A stretch of DNA of 63,425 nucleotides, the filler included, from Bigelowiella natans CCMP2755 (taxonomy: Eukaryota > Protista > Cercozoa): NCBI GenBank assembly GCA_000320545.1. It is 4 parts of 4 records of this genome, joined end to end, with 100 filler letters (N's around TTAATTAATTAA, not from the genome) between each part and the next. Parts side by side here need not be neighbours in the genome. Positions count along the whole stretch, not along the records: positions 15,689 to 47,403 come from ADNK01002050.1; positions 47,504 to 52,966 come from ADNK01003216.1; 2 more parts are not named here. The stretch is one strand, 5' to 3'. Within the stretch, counting starts at the first letter, position 1. Each line of letters opens with the position of its first letter. The translations under genes were made by a program, and so were the position numbers. Positions 41,901 through 53,066 of the stretch are shown here, in pieces. A model generated the notes under the pieces. That model made no database searches. It was not told where the DNA came from and saw only the letters and a list, made by a program, of their open reading frames with translations.

Positions 41901-44029
41901 GCGTCATTTCGCCTCTGCTCAGTGACGAAAACAAAGCGAGTGCGCGGAGTTGGAAAGAACAAGGACGCTATTTTCCGTGAGCCTGTTCGAAGGAGAAATT
42001 CAGATCAGTACTTCCTATGGATGACAACGAGCAGGACGTGAATCTCTCTGAAGGACATCGGGCTTGCCAGTATTTTCATGAGCTCAACATAAAGTATCTG
42101 CACAACATGGATATGTTCGTTCAAATGGTTAATATAACACTTCTCAACGATCATCATAAAACGGAAGAACAAGAGAATGCATGGAACAAGTTTTTGGCGT
42201 CGTTGAACGAACAAATGTCTAACCTAGTACCCAATACTCCCTTTCCAGTACAGTTTGATTTGGAATCTAAAGAAGATGAGAGGTTCATTTGTGAACTTCT
42301 TTCTAAAAGGTGGGAACCTATAGGCCACATGGAAGCTACACCGAGCAATATTCGTAAAGTCTACAAGAATCAGGAAAAAGAAAAATCCAAAGGCAGAGAT
42401 GTTAAAAAATACCAGTATTTCCTTTCAATTGAAGGACGAACTGCTGTTAAAGTCATCAAGCTGGACTCTTCGAGACCAATTAAGCAAAGAGAGCGATCTG
42501 AGAATTTGAAAGGAAGTTACATCAAATTGGTGTGCAAGAAGTCTAGACTTCCTCTGGACAAGAAGACTGTCAAAGATGCTACAAGTTATTTTGAGGTGCT
42601 CCTCAGCTTCCAAACTCTATCTCTCACGTCAGGGCCATCTCTCACTCTTGGAGAATTTAAAATGAAGAAGGGAATTAACAGGAAGGAAGTCAACAGGATG
42701 CTCTGTCACATGTGGGAAAATCAAAACCAAAATCTAATATCTAATAAGCACGTGGACGGTGAATATTCAGCGATGGCGTTCCGCCTCCAAGACCCCGATG
42801 TGGGTAAACGGGATTCCAACAAAGACGAATCAAAATGTGATTCGAACATGGATGGATCACTACTGAACGCAATTGTGAATATGGAAAAGTACGACCCCAC
42901 TCTCTTCGACGGTCTTCAAATCATAAGTGGCTACATTCTTGATCAGAATAAAGATTTCGTAAAACCACTCCGTGACGAAATTCGCAAGCTCTCGAGTAAC
43001 GATATCAATTACCTGAGTTACAACAAGTTAGTTGTAATATTGCGTGATCTCCTAAAGCTATCGTGTTCATTCTCATGCCTAGGCAATTGTAAAGATTGCG
43101 TGAACTTGGTGTTCGTTGTGTTACAAATTGTCCTCCAGCAGCTACAAGGCAAGAGTTTGAAGTCGAAACTTGCACGTGGGTATAAGCACAAGGACTATCT
43201 TTCCGCAACAGAACATGGTATTAGATTCAAAGAAAAATTCTTCACAGCCAAAACCAGAACTAGGTCGAGGGAGTGTAGTGTCTCCCTAATGTTCCAGCAA
43301 AATGTCGTTCATAATCACATGAAAGAAACTCAAGAAACCAATAACACACACTACATCGAGGCCCTCCGTACCATGCAGCGAGCATCATTTGATGATGAAA
43401 AGGATGGCACGCCAATTCTGCTGTCTAGGTTGTGTGAAAAAGATCCATCGTTTGCCAATGTGTTCACAGGATTTGGTTACGTGTTCGTAGAGTATGGCAA
43501 GCTTCGTCCACACTCCACCTCCATGCGGCTGATCGCCTGTGATGGTGAACAAAAACATAAGTACGATATCTTAATGAACAAATCGGAGCAAAGTGAGAAC
43601 AGGATAGATGCAATGAAAGGGCTTATGATAAGAAAGGGGGACGTTTTAGACAAGATTCATTTGAAGACCTTTCAGAACATTGTAAGCTCGAACAGAGGTC
43701 TGGTACTCGCCACAAAAATTCGGTATTGCATCAAGAATGAATTTTTCCCCTATTTATCTACCGATTCATTTACATGCGATGAGAGCTTCGATGACGACAT
43801 TTATCGACTTTTGTGGATTCTCTTCTCCCAAGCTATGGGAAGACGACTTGATTATGACTGGAAGCCAGAAGATAACGATTGGTTTCAAATTTTGGTCAAC
43901 CCTCGAAGAATCAGGTTCAAAGAAAAACTTTTCCAATACCTCTCAGACAAGATTCAGGGCAGTGATGAGGACTATGAGTTGCCACCATGGAAGAAGCAAC
44001 GCACTCGAATTCAAGATCCACATCACTGA
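33830..44029 (+). CDS. Giant multi-exon orphan gene (about 2,900 aa if fully spliced): zinc-finger-like motifs, degenerate SF2 helicase, coiled coil, putative ubiquitin-like repeats, unknown C-terminal region
   Basis: Chain of same-strand GT-AG exons from ATG 33830 through the 700-, 983- and 670-aa ORFs. CPYCDKPF...CAHISRC; AKFTCRMGKL (motif I-like), IIIDEVDD (II), LLFSFT (III), KHRRGSSFP (V), DIDQSCMRP (VI). Joining into one gene is inferred. Confidence 0.6.
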
Positions 44030-44733
44030 TGGCGGAGAGGAATCCAAGCCAAGATGATCAACATCGTTGCATGTGTTTGAGTGTCGTTCTAGTTGTCGAT
44101 AATTGTGCACACACTGTGCTAGCTATGAACTGCATTGTGCCCTGCGCGCGCCACATTCTAGCATGTGCTTTGTGCGTGTTGGGCTGCATGTCTTTGTGTG
44201 CACATGCATGTCGCTGATGCTGACTTCATCATCACAGTCACCCGAAACGTGAGACATGTGGTCACATTGATGAAGTGATTAAATGTTTTCATTAGGATGA
44301 CCATTGAAAAGATTTGATCACTTAATTGCATCTGTCTCACATTGATGAATGTCACATGCGTGAGCAGCAACCACTTGATTGTTGGCATGTGCTTCACTCG
44401 TTGCCAAGTAATTAAGCGTCACAGATTGGCTCAAATGCCGGAGCATCCGATCGATCCGTCTGCGCCTGAACACCACGCAATCGCCACAAGTCGTGTCGCG
44501 CGTGCATGTGCGCCAATCACGACATGTTTGATGGCAAGTAGGTTGCAATGTGCGCCTGTTTTGACATCAAAGTCGCAAGGTGTTCCATTTGTTGAGCGCA
44601 AGCTGCTGCTCCTCACACACAAGCACGGAAGCCAGAAAGCGTGAAAAGCACATCTCCACCCTTCGTCTCATCTCTGCGGTCATCGGCGCGCAGTGTTCCG
44701 AGAAGAAACCAGCCAGAGCTTCTAGGAGGAGGG

Positions 44734-44761
44734 CTAGCTAGCTAGCTAGCTAGCTAGCTAG
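44734..44761. repeat. (CTAG)7 microsatellite inside a TpA-depleted island
   Basis: Seven perfect CTAG units. A (CTAG)5 run also occurs at 49991-50010. Confidence 0.95.
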
Positions 44762-45647
44762 AGGGGGGGGCGTCGTGGCGCTGAACATCGTTGCCATTGC
44801 AACAACATGGTTTGAATTTCGGAGCAAGAAAAAGGTTTTTGAGAATGGCTAGAATGAACATCGCGTTGCAAAACATTTCAAAATCGATTTTTTCACATTC
44901 TGCGTGCGTCAAATTCTGACGCAACCGCTGGTCATGTTTGACGACTAGAGTTGCATCCTTGTTGCGTGTGTGAGCCACAAATGTGCATTTGAGATTTTCC
45001 GAACCTCTACGCAGGTGTAGAGAGTGCGAGCGAAGCAATGGAAGTAGCTTATTTGATGGTCATTTCCGAAGATGGTGCAAGTTTGCGCGCACTAGCGCAC
45101 TGGAAGCCACCACCAGGAGCTCGTAAGAGTCCACCAGACTGCCTTCGCAATGCATGGAATGTTTTTTGTGGTTTTCCAAGCTTTTTGATGAAATTTGGTG
45201 CGGCCACCATGCTCGCAAAGCCGGTGTTGCAAGTTTCTGCTGGTTGTGTCATCATGCGGCATGCTACATGCGCTCAGATCGCGTAACAACAACTGAGGAA
45301 AGTGCAGATTTGTGTTCACCATCATCATTGCTGTCTTCAATCAATTTGTTCGTGTTCATTTTGACATTCGAAGATGCAACGCCGGTGTCATCTTTGAAAT
45401 GCAACAGTCAATCGATAAGTCTAAAAGTTTCTGTGCCGATCGGTACAAGTTAGCAAGAGCAAAGGGAAATTGCAACGCACGATTGACACGAATTTTGTCT
45501 TTTGTGTCTCTTTGCAAGTGATATTCCTTCGATCCGTGCCCTACGTGAACAATGAAGCGTACAGTTTCTCCTTTACATATGATGAAGGAGGAACACAACA
45601 CACACACACACACACATACGAAGACACAGCCCAACAGCTATCTCACT

Positions 45648-47199
45648 TTAGGGATTTGAATGGCCGTGAGCACGGAAGAAATCTTCCAGCCTTGTTCTAA
45701 GCTCACGGGCGGAATTTGACAGCAGTTCCCTTCTCCTAAACTTAGATCCAGCGGTCAGTGGAGCGCTCGGATTGCGCATGAGCGCCGATGCTTCGTCCTC
45801 TATCTTTCCCCACCATTTCTCGAGATGTAGGAGGTAGTGAGAGGCCAGGCACCGGCTGCGAGACACCACTGCCGCTACGAGATCTGCGTTTGATGAACCA
45901 ACAGTCTGAGTTTGCAGTAATCCAAATAAAGGAAACGCCTCCCTCCGTCTACAGGACGGTGTGTGGCGTGATTATCTATAGACATCTCGCCTACCCCCAA
46001 AGGCAGGTCCTTCCCAGAAAATATTAGTAGTCTATTTCATTCTCAAATACAGACTTTGCTATTACCGGATTTGAGACCAAAAAGGGGCCGATCCTCTCCC
46101 TCCACACGGCATGTGCTCCAAAGCACGTGAAGAAGAAGAGAGTCGGTCTCGAGCACAGCGGCTCTGGTGAGATTCGTCTCTTCTTTCATCGTCTCCTCCG
46201 CCTCCCTGCCACACCGCACAACCAAAGCGTAGAAGATGGTGCAATATTCGTTAGGTGTTGGACTGAGAGATTTACGAAAAGCAATAAGACCAGACAGCAA
46301 TCTGAACCTTCCTTGACGACTCTCTTTCTGTTTCAGCTGCGACTCTTGAGCAGCATTTATCATCTTCTTCTCGTCCTCTACATTGTTCTGAGGTGCTCCG
46401 TGGCTGATGGTGGGTGGTGGCGGATATCGTAGCGAGATGGGGAACGGCGTCGGCAAACGATTCCGCGCTTGCTTCCATATCTTTATCCAGCTCTTGAAGC
46501 CCTCTCCTATAGGGCGCGGAGAGAAGAAGAAGAAGAAGAAGAAGAAGAAGATGGGAGGAGTCGCAGATGAGTATTTAAGAGCAGTGAATACGGCGGTTCT
46601 TTTCCCTGGCAATTTCACAACGGGAAGCACACACCTTCTTTCACTGGAATTCCGTCGATAGCCACCAGGACGGATCGGGGTAGCACACCAGCCTTGGAAG
46701 CCGGCGTATCTGCGACGAAGATGGCGTCATTCAAATCATGATGGATTGCATAACCATGATTCCGCGAGGAGGGGAGCCGGGAGTGATGTTGGTAAACATA
46801 CAGAAGACGATTAGAATCATGATCACCATGCTTGTTACGGCGTGATAGGTTGAGATGGGGCAGAAGGGTAAATTCTATGCAGACAATGTCCACTAGCACG
46901 CTCTCTCCTACTTCTAACAATGAGCTTCCCACAAGATAGGTACCTTTCTTAACTTCCTTGACCTCCGTCGTCTTATTCCACATCACGCCGAACTTCGGTG
47001 CCGTCACAAAAACAGTGTAGACGTCACCAAGGGGGGGGGGGGGGGAAGTTGTCCTGCTTTCCCTCGTACGACGGCTGCACGGCCCACGGCCTGTAAATGC
47101 AGCATCACCGTAATCATTTCCAGTAGTATCAGAAGGGGCTTGACCTAAACAAGTTGTTGTTATTTTCTTTCGACTTGGATATTCCTCCCCCTCCATCAT
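45648..47199 (-). CDS. Multi-exon hypothetical protein with a PDZ-like segment
   Basis: VYTVFVTAPKFGVMWNKTTEVKEVKK|DTPASKAGVLPRSVLVAIDGIPV resembles a PDZ core. Downstream exons and both ends uncertain. Confidence 0.45.
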
Positions 47200-47403
47200 T
47201 TATTCACCCCCTCCCCCCCCTCTAAATCTCCTAATAATACCCCCCTTTTCCTTATTATTTATTGGCTCCCTCTTCAGAGTCCCAGTCACTATTATCATCA
47301 TTCATTGGGGACCCGTCTGAAATCACCCGCCATCGCCTCCACATCTCTCTCACTGCTTCTATTCGTTCTCTCCGGCTCATTCTGTGTCTTCCTCCTACCT
47401 CTC

Positions 47404-47503
47404 NNNNNNNNNNNNNNNNNNNNNNNNNNNNNNNNNNNNNNNNNNNNTTAATTAATTAANNNNNNNNNNNNNNNNNNNNNNNNNNNNNNNNNNNNNNNNN
47501 NNN
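47404..47503. other. Assembly gap with artificial six-frame-stop linker
   Basis: 44 N + TTAATTAATTAA (47448-47459) + 44 N. Confidence 0.95.
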
Positions 47504-47866
47504 GACTCACCCACACGCCCAGCCTCTTTTTCGCCAAAAAAACAAAAGTAAACATATTTCTATATATTGGTGGAAAAACGGATTTTCACCCTACAAAAAT
47601 CTCCGCAGTTTATCGTAGTGCTTGTCTCAAACATAAAAGGATAAAAACCAGCCGTAGGTGGGGAAATAGTATACGTCCCTTCGCTTTTTTATCTCTCTCT
47701 GTCTAGCACTCAATCTATCTCTCCCCTCCGTGCGCGCGTGTGCGCGAGTGTTTGTGTGTGTGTGTGTGTTTCTTTCTGTCTTTTCCCACAGCACTTGTAT
47801 GCAAATGCACGCACACCCAGATACAAACATATGTACAATACTCTCCTTCACTTGCTGTTGTCGCAG

Positions 47867-47913
<47 letters not shown>

Positions 47914-47957
47914 CTCTCTCTTCCTCCTGCATACAATGATGATGGGATTGTGTATAG

Positions 47958-48014
47958 TTGGTAATGGGCATTGCACAGCTGGAAATATTTACTGGTTTTG
48001 CGCTGATTCTAACG

Positions 48015-48060
<46 letters not shown>

Positions 48061-48640
48061 CAGCAGCAGGGGGGAAGGAAAATGAAGAAGAAAAAGGAAA
48101 AAAACAGTATACAACAAGCGCGCGCACACACACACAATTACCCGTGCGTTGCCCTACTTCTATCGTCGGTATGATTAGCGAGCGTATGCATTTCTCTCTC
48201 TCTCGCTGTATGTGTGTGTGTGTACGTGTGCGTGAGTGCGTGCCATCTATGCTCATTTACACCAGGCTCTTGCTGGAGGGGGAAGTTTCTTAGCCGTGAT
48301 GATGTATTGGCAGTTTCTTCGAATGTCGTACATGGTAAAAGAGCACCGCCAACACGCACACAGATTCGCTATCGCAGAAAAGAGAGAGGGGGGGGAAAAG
48401 AAAACGCGCACTTTCAACGCACACGCGCGCGCGCGCGCATATGTAATACACACACATACGCATAGTTTAATATACCATCAAAATGAACGGCTGGAACAAG
48501 AACATCCTGATATCTTAATCCTCCTCCTCCTCTTCCTCCTCTATTTATTGCTAATCATCATCACTTTGAGTAGATTGCACGTCACCCATACGCTGTTCAG
48601 TATTCTTGGGCGCAAAATGTAAATACTGGGCATATCAATG

Positions 48641-48675
<35 letters not shown>

Positions 48676-48695
48676 ATTTGTATGTGTGAGTGTGT

Positions 48696-48731
<36 letters not shown>

Positions 48732-49045
48732 AAGATTTTCCTTTTGTATTCTTGATGAAAATGACGTGCCATCGAGAGCCAATCCAACGCAAACGTACGC
48801 ATAGGTCACATCAGTCTGGAATCTGTTAGCATATAAGGTGGTGTTGGTGGGATGGTGCTGGTGGTGGTGATGATGGTGATGATGATGATGATGATGGTGA
48901 TGATGAGGACAAGGAAGAACACACGAATAGTATTTATTGTAACATATGAATATATATTGATATATATCAATATATATATTATATAAATATATAATATATT
49001 TGTTTACATAATTACCCAACATTACTCAACATATTTACTCAACCA

Positions 49046-49093
<48 letters not shown>

Positions 49094-49268
49094 TATTATA
49101 ACAGGTCGATGGTTGGGTACTAGGCCCTTCTGCCGTTCCATCAGTGATCAAGACTGCATATACAACGGTAGGAATGAGGTTTCATAAAATGATCGATAAT
49201 CAGTTGATTATGATGCATATAACGTTAACACCGTGTGCTCGTGCTGTCGTTGCTGTTTCATCCTGGTG

Positions 49269-49309
<41 letters not shown>

Positions 49310-49445
49310 CATATATACATATATATGCACATATTCATATTAGATGAAAGGATTTCTGAATCGAATGACTGACCCGCAAGCAGCAACGAATGCTTCTCGG
49401 GGAGGAGGAATGAGCAGCCTTCTCAACTCTTGTTCTGTCATGTAG
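47958..49445 (+). CDS. TMEM33: 3' part of a TMEM33/Pom33 (UPF0121)-like ER membrane protein gene; 5' part cut by the gap
   Basis: Exons LVMGIAQLEIFTGFALILT|ALAGGGSFLAVMMYWQFLRMSYM resemble the TMEM33 A..EI...GS.....Y..FL...Y pattern. Ends ...SSLLNSCSVM* (TAG 49443-49445). Confidence 0.6.
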
Positions 49446-50239
49446 CCGCCATCTAACATTGTCTAGCTAGTAGCAGTGGCACAGGCGAAAATCAAAACCA
49501 CATAATGAATGACACGCTTGAAATCGGCTCAAGTGAATCCAGCCGCACATTCTAAGCATTGCATGCTGCTGTCGCGCTGCAGCAGCATTTGTAGCTTGCC
49601 CCACGTTTCATTTCCCTACCACATCGACAGTAGCAAAAAATGCGAAAATGCGCAACATGAAAATTTGCCTACTGACGACCCACTGCTGAACTAAATTGCT
49701 AGAATGACATGCTGGCATGGCAAAATCACAAGCACATCACATGTCTTTTGTGAAAACAATCTTTGTTGTAAATGACACAGCAAAAATCCACAGCAGAGCA
49801 TCGCGCCATGCATGCATCGCTACATCTTGAATTCTAGGCTAGCAGGCACATTTTGCGCCTGACTCATCGCTACATCTTGAATTCTAGCCACAGCTAGTGT
49901 GCGCCTCACTCATCGCTGCAATGATCGCTTTGACATTTCAGATTACTCTTTCATTTTTCTAGTTTTGGGAATGCTAGAATGCTAGAATGTCTAGCTAGCT
50001 AGCTAGCTAGATGTGGCTGTGCGACCAAAATGATGCGGAATTCTAAATCCAAACAGATTCTGAAACAACAAAAGGTCAACGATCATGCGTGCTGGGACTG
50101 CTCTAGCTGCTCATGAAAGAAGCTCAGCACCCGCCGCCGCATTGCAGTGAATGGCCCGACCGGTGTGCATGGTTGCATCTTGACGCGCGAAACAGAAAAT
50201 GCTGGATGTTGGAACATGGCTAGAAGGCAACGAGGTGGG

Positions 50240-50981
50240 GTGAGTGGAATGCTTGACGCCCATGACTAAGCACAATGAACACATGGTGTTGGCAACATCC
50301 ATGCGTGCATGCATGGAGCATGTCACTGCCAGGTCTGTGGACCATGCTCTTTCATTTGCTCACTGCACCATGCTGCATGCACTGCGACAGCGTTGTGAGG
50401 TGTGCACATCTGCATCATCAAATGCGTTGGTTACGGTTAATGACTCGCATTGATTTGCTTCCAATGAGCAGTGCAAGTTGAGGAAGAACTTGCACTCCAA
50501 CGGACCAATTGACGGCTGCACAATTTGCAGGCCTAGTTGCAGCAATTGCAACGTGTTTCCACGATCCAGTTGCAATCAGAACCATTGACGTCTTTGTGAG
50601 AAGCAATGGTCGGTGCTGTCAGAGCAGCTGATTTTTTGTGTCTCTTCACCAACAGGGTGCTGACAAGTCCTTGCAACGAGTGTTGTTGAGGCTCTGCTAG
50701 CTCTGCCACGTGCAAATGCATGTCTCCCATGTGGTTCTGGCGCATGTGGTTTTTGATCAACGCTTTGTTCATTGTTCATTGTTCATTGTGTCACATTTGT
50801 GACGATGTGCTTTCAATTTCATGCTCACTCTCGTTTCCCTGAATGGTTTGAATTTTTTTGGGATCGAATTGCTGCGTGCCATCCGTGTCAATGGTCGATG
50901 GCTTGCCAGCTTGGATCATCTGGGGGGAAATTGCGCGTGTGGTTTTTGATCAACGCTTTGTTCATTGTTCATTGTTCATTG
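50240..50981 (+). mobile_element. Possible decayed non-LTR retroelement 3' end with a duplicated 44-bp terminus
   Basis: Broken reading frame with a CCHC-like remnant (C...SVDHALSFAHC), followed by two identical 44-bp copies (50745-50788, 50938-50981) ending in (TTCATTG)n. No RT domain visible. Confidence 0.3.
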
Positions 50982-52136
50982 CCAGTTCGCATTGCTTGGC
51001 TGGTCAGGACGTGTGTTGCAAGGAAAATGTCTGGCTTGTGCTCGCACATGTGTGACGCTGCGCAAACATTGGCTGCGCATGCACGCTGTCTGTAGCCATG
51101 CAGTTGGTGTCAATGTTCTCTCACCGTTCGTTGGTTGTTTAAATGCGCTCACTGCGCTTTGTGGGTGAATTTGATTGACAGATTGCCCGTTGGCAGCAAA
51201 TGCACAAGCGCATTTGGCACATTGCTAGACTTCCCAAACGCGTGGTGTTGTGTCACATCTGGACATCCACTGCTGACTGCTAGACTGGTCTAGAAATGCG
51301 CACTTCACGAAGCACGTGCGTGCTCCATGAAATGCGCACTCTCTTTTCAACGATGAGACAGAACAAGTCTCTCCAGCTCTCGACATCTCGATGAGATCTC
51401 TTGAGGTGTGTCAACCGTCGATTGCTCCATGATGATGAATCTTGAATGAATTCCTCGTGTGAGCAATGCTGGCCAGCTAGCTAGGTTGGGAAATGAAATG
51501 TGGGGCATGCTAGCATGCCACAAATGCTGCTGCTCACATCTAGACATGCATATTGTTCATCACCAGCTGGTCACATGCACATTGTTCATTGTGCGACTAG
51601 CTAGCTAACGTGATTGCACGTGGATCACATCTAGACATGTCTAGATGTGTGCGACAGTTGCAGCAGCATCACAGGCAAAAACGCAGCGCTCGAATGCGTG
51701 TCTACCAATGACACATGTGCCCATCTGTGGATCTAGCCATCCACAGCCATCCTAGCCTGCACGCCTGTACACAGTCTTGCATCGATGAGATGAAGATGAC
51801 ATGATGCTACATGATCACATGCGCTGCTCTGCTTGTTTGCAATGCGGATGTAATCAGTCAAAATACTTATTTGCTAGTTTGCATAGCTACATTGGAGTGG
51901 CCACTGAAAAAAATTAGTTTAGCATTCATTGCATTCACCGTCTCATACACGCGCTATATTGCACATCATCAGCTTTGAGCTAGTCGCGGGCAAGTTTGAT
52001 GGCCAATGATGTACTGTTCGTTACATTTCAAATTCTTCGCCTGTTAACACTTGCTTTATAAGAATATGGTTGGCTGCAGCTACTTGATGTTTTACGCGTA
52101 CTTATCACAAGACATCGTCCTTCGATTATAGGCCAT

Positions 52137-52455
52137 CTAGTATTTTCCAGGTACGAGAGCTGCCAACGCTGATTCTGTTGTTAATGTGGGGCATTGGTGC
52201 GAGTAGATGAGAGGACAATGACGATAAGAGCAGTGGTGTCATAAGGGCGACTATGCAATAATCCAACCTGCAATCAGCTTGGCAAGGTCTTTGAATTCAG
52301 TTATTAAATACCTGTGTTGTTGTTGTTGTTATTGTTCTATGTGCTGCTGCTAGCATAACTAAAACCTCTACACAGTAACATCCAAACAATAGCAGTCTTC
52401 ATTCAAGAAAATAAGGAGCAGAGAGAATGGTCCAGTATAGTACGATTCTTATTCT

Positions 52456-52486
<31 letters not shown>

Positions 52487-52966
52487 AAATAATAATAATA
52501 AGAAGAATAAGAATCATAATAAAAATAATAACTGACTTTGGACCGATAACATCTGCGTCGAGTGCTATTCCTCCCTCAGGCTGGTGATCATGGGAGAGCA
52601 AACAAACAACAGCCAAAGGAGCAAGAATCAACAAGAGGAAATCATTGCCTCAACTCACTTAAAAAATCCCCCACTAGTCCTTCTTGCAAAAGGAATAAAA
52701 GGCAAATAACATGCTAATCAAGGAAAGAATGGGGACTCCTACTCATTCAAGGATAAAGGGGGGGGGGTGGTGACAAATGTGACAAGGAAGCTCACTGGTT
52801 TGATTATTGCAGGCTTCTTCACTTCATCTTTGTCCATCTCCTACGTGAGTTTGATGTAAATTTTCTATTAATGTGTGTGTGTGTGTGGTGTGTGTGTGTG
52901 TGTGTGGATTCGTGTGTGCTTATTCAGCCTTTTCACCGAGAATAAGAGATGGAACTTCTCGTCGGT
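52137..52966 (-). CDS. Short spliced exons of an unidentified gene's 3' end (may or may not continue eRF3 across the gap)
   Basis: GT-AG-bounded pieces EMDKDEVKKPAIIKP, PEGGIALDADVIGPK, YLITEFKDLAKLIA and ESALAALVPGKY*. Phases not fully resolved. Confidence 0.3.
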
Positions 52967-53066
52967 NNNNNNNNNNNNNNNNNNNNNNNNNNNNNNNNNN
53001 NNNNNNNNNNTTAATTAATTAANNNNNNNNNNNNNNNNNNNNNNNNNNNNNNNNNNNNNNNNNNNN
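52967..53066. other. Assembly gap with artificial six-frame-stop linker
   Basis: 44 N + TTAATTAATTAA (53011-53022) + 44 N. Confidence 0.95.

Noticed and set aside
36582-44029. Intact endogenous virus or autonomous transposon
   Set aside because: No capsid, polymerase, integrase, transposase, RT or terminal repeats were recognised, and the ORFs are linked by spliceosomal introns.
50111-51547. Many overlapping Cys/His/Met-rich short ORFs (also at 2.5-3.5, 31.1-32.0 and 44.0-45.5 kb)
   Set aside because: A by-product of stop-codon loss in TA-poor, TG/CA-rich DNA. No splice structure or recognisable domains.
49450-51990. CpG-methylation decay or fungal RIP as the cause of the TG/CA excess
   Set aside because: CpG remains common in the islands, and TpA is lost rather than gained, which is the opposite of RIP.
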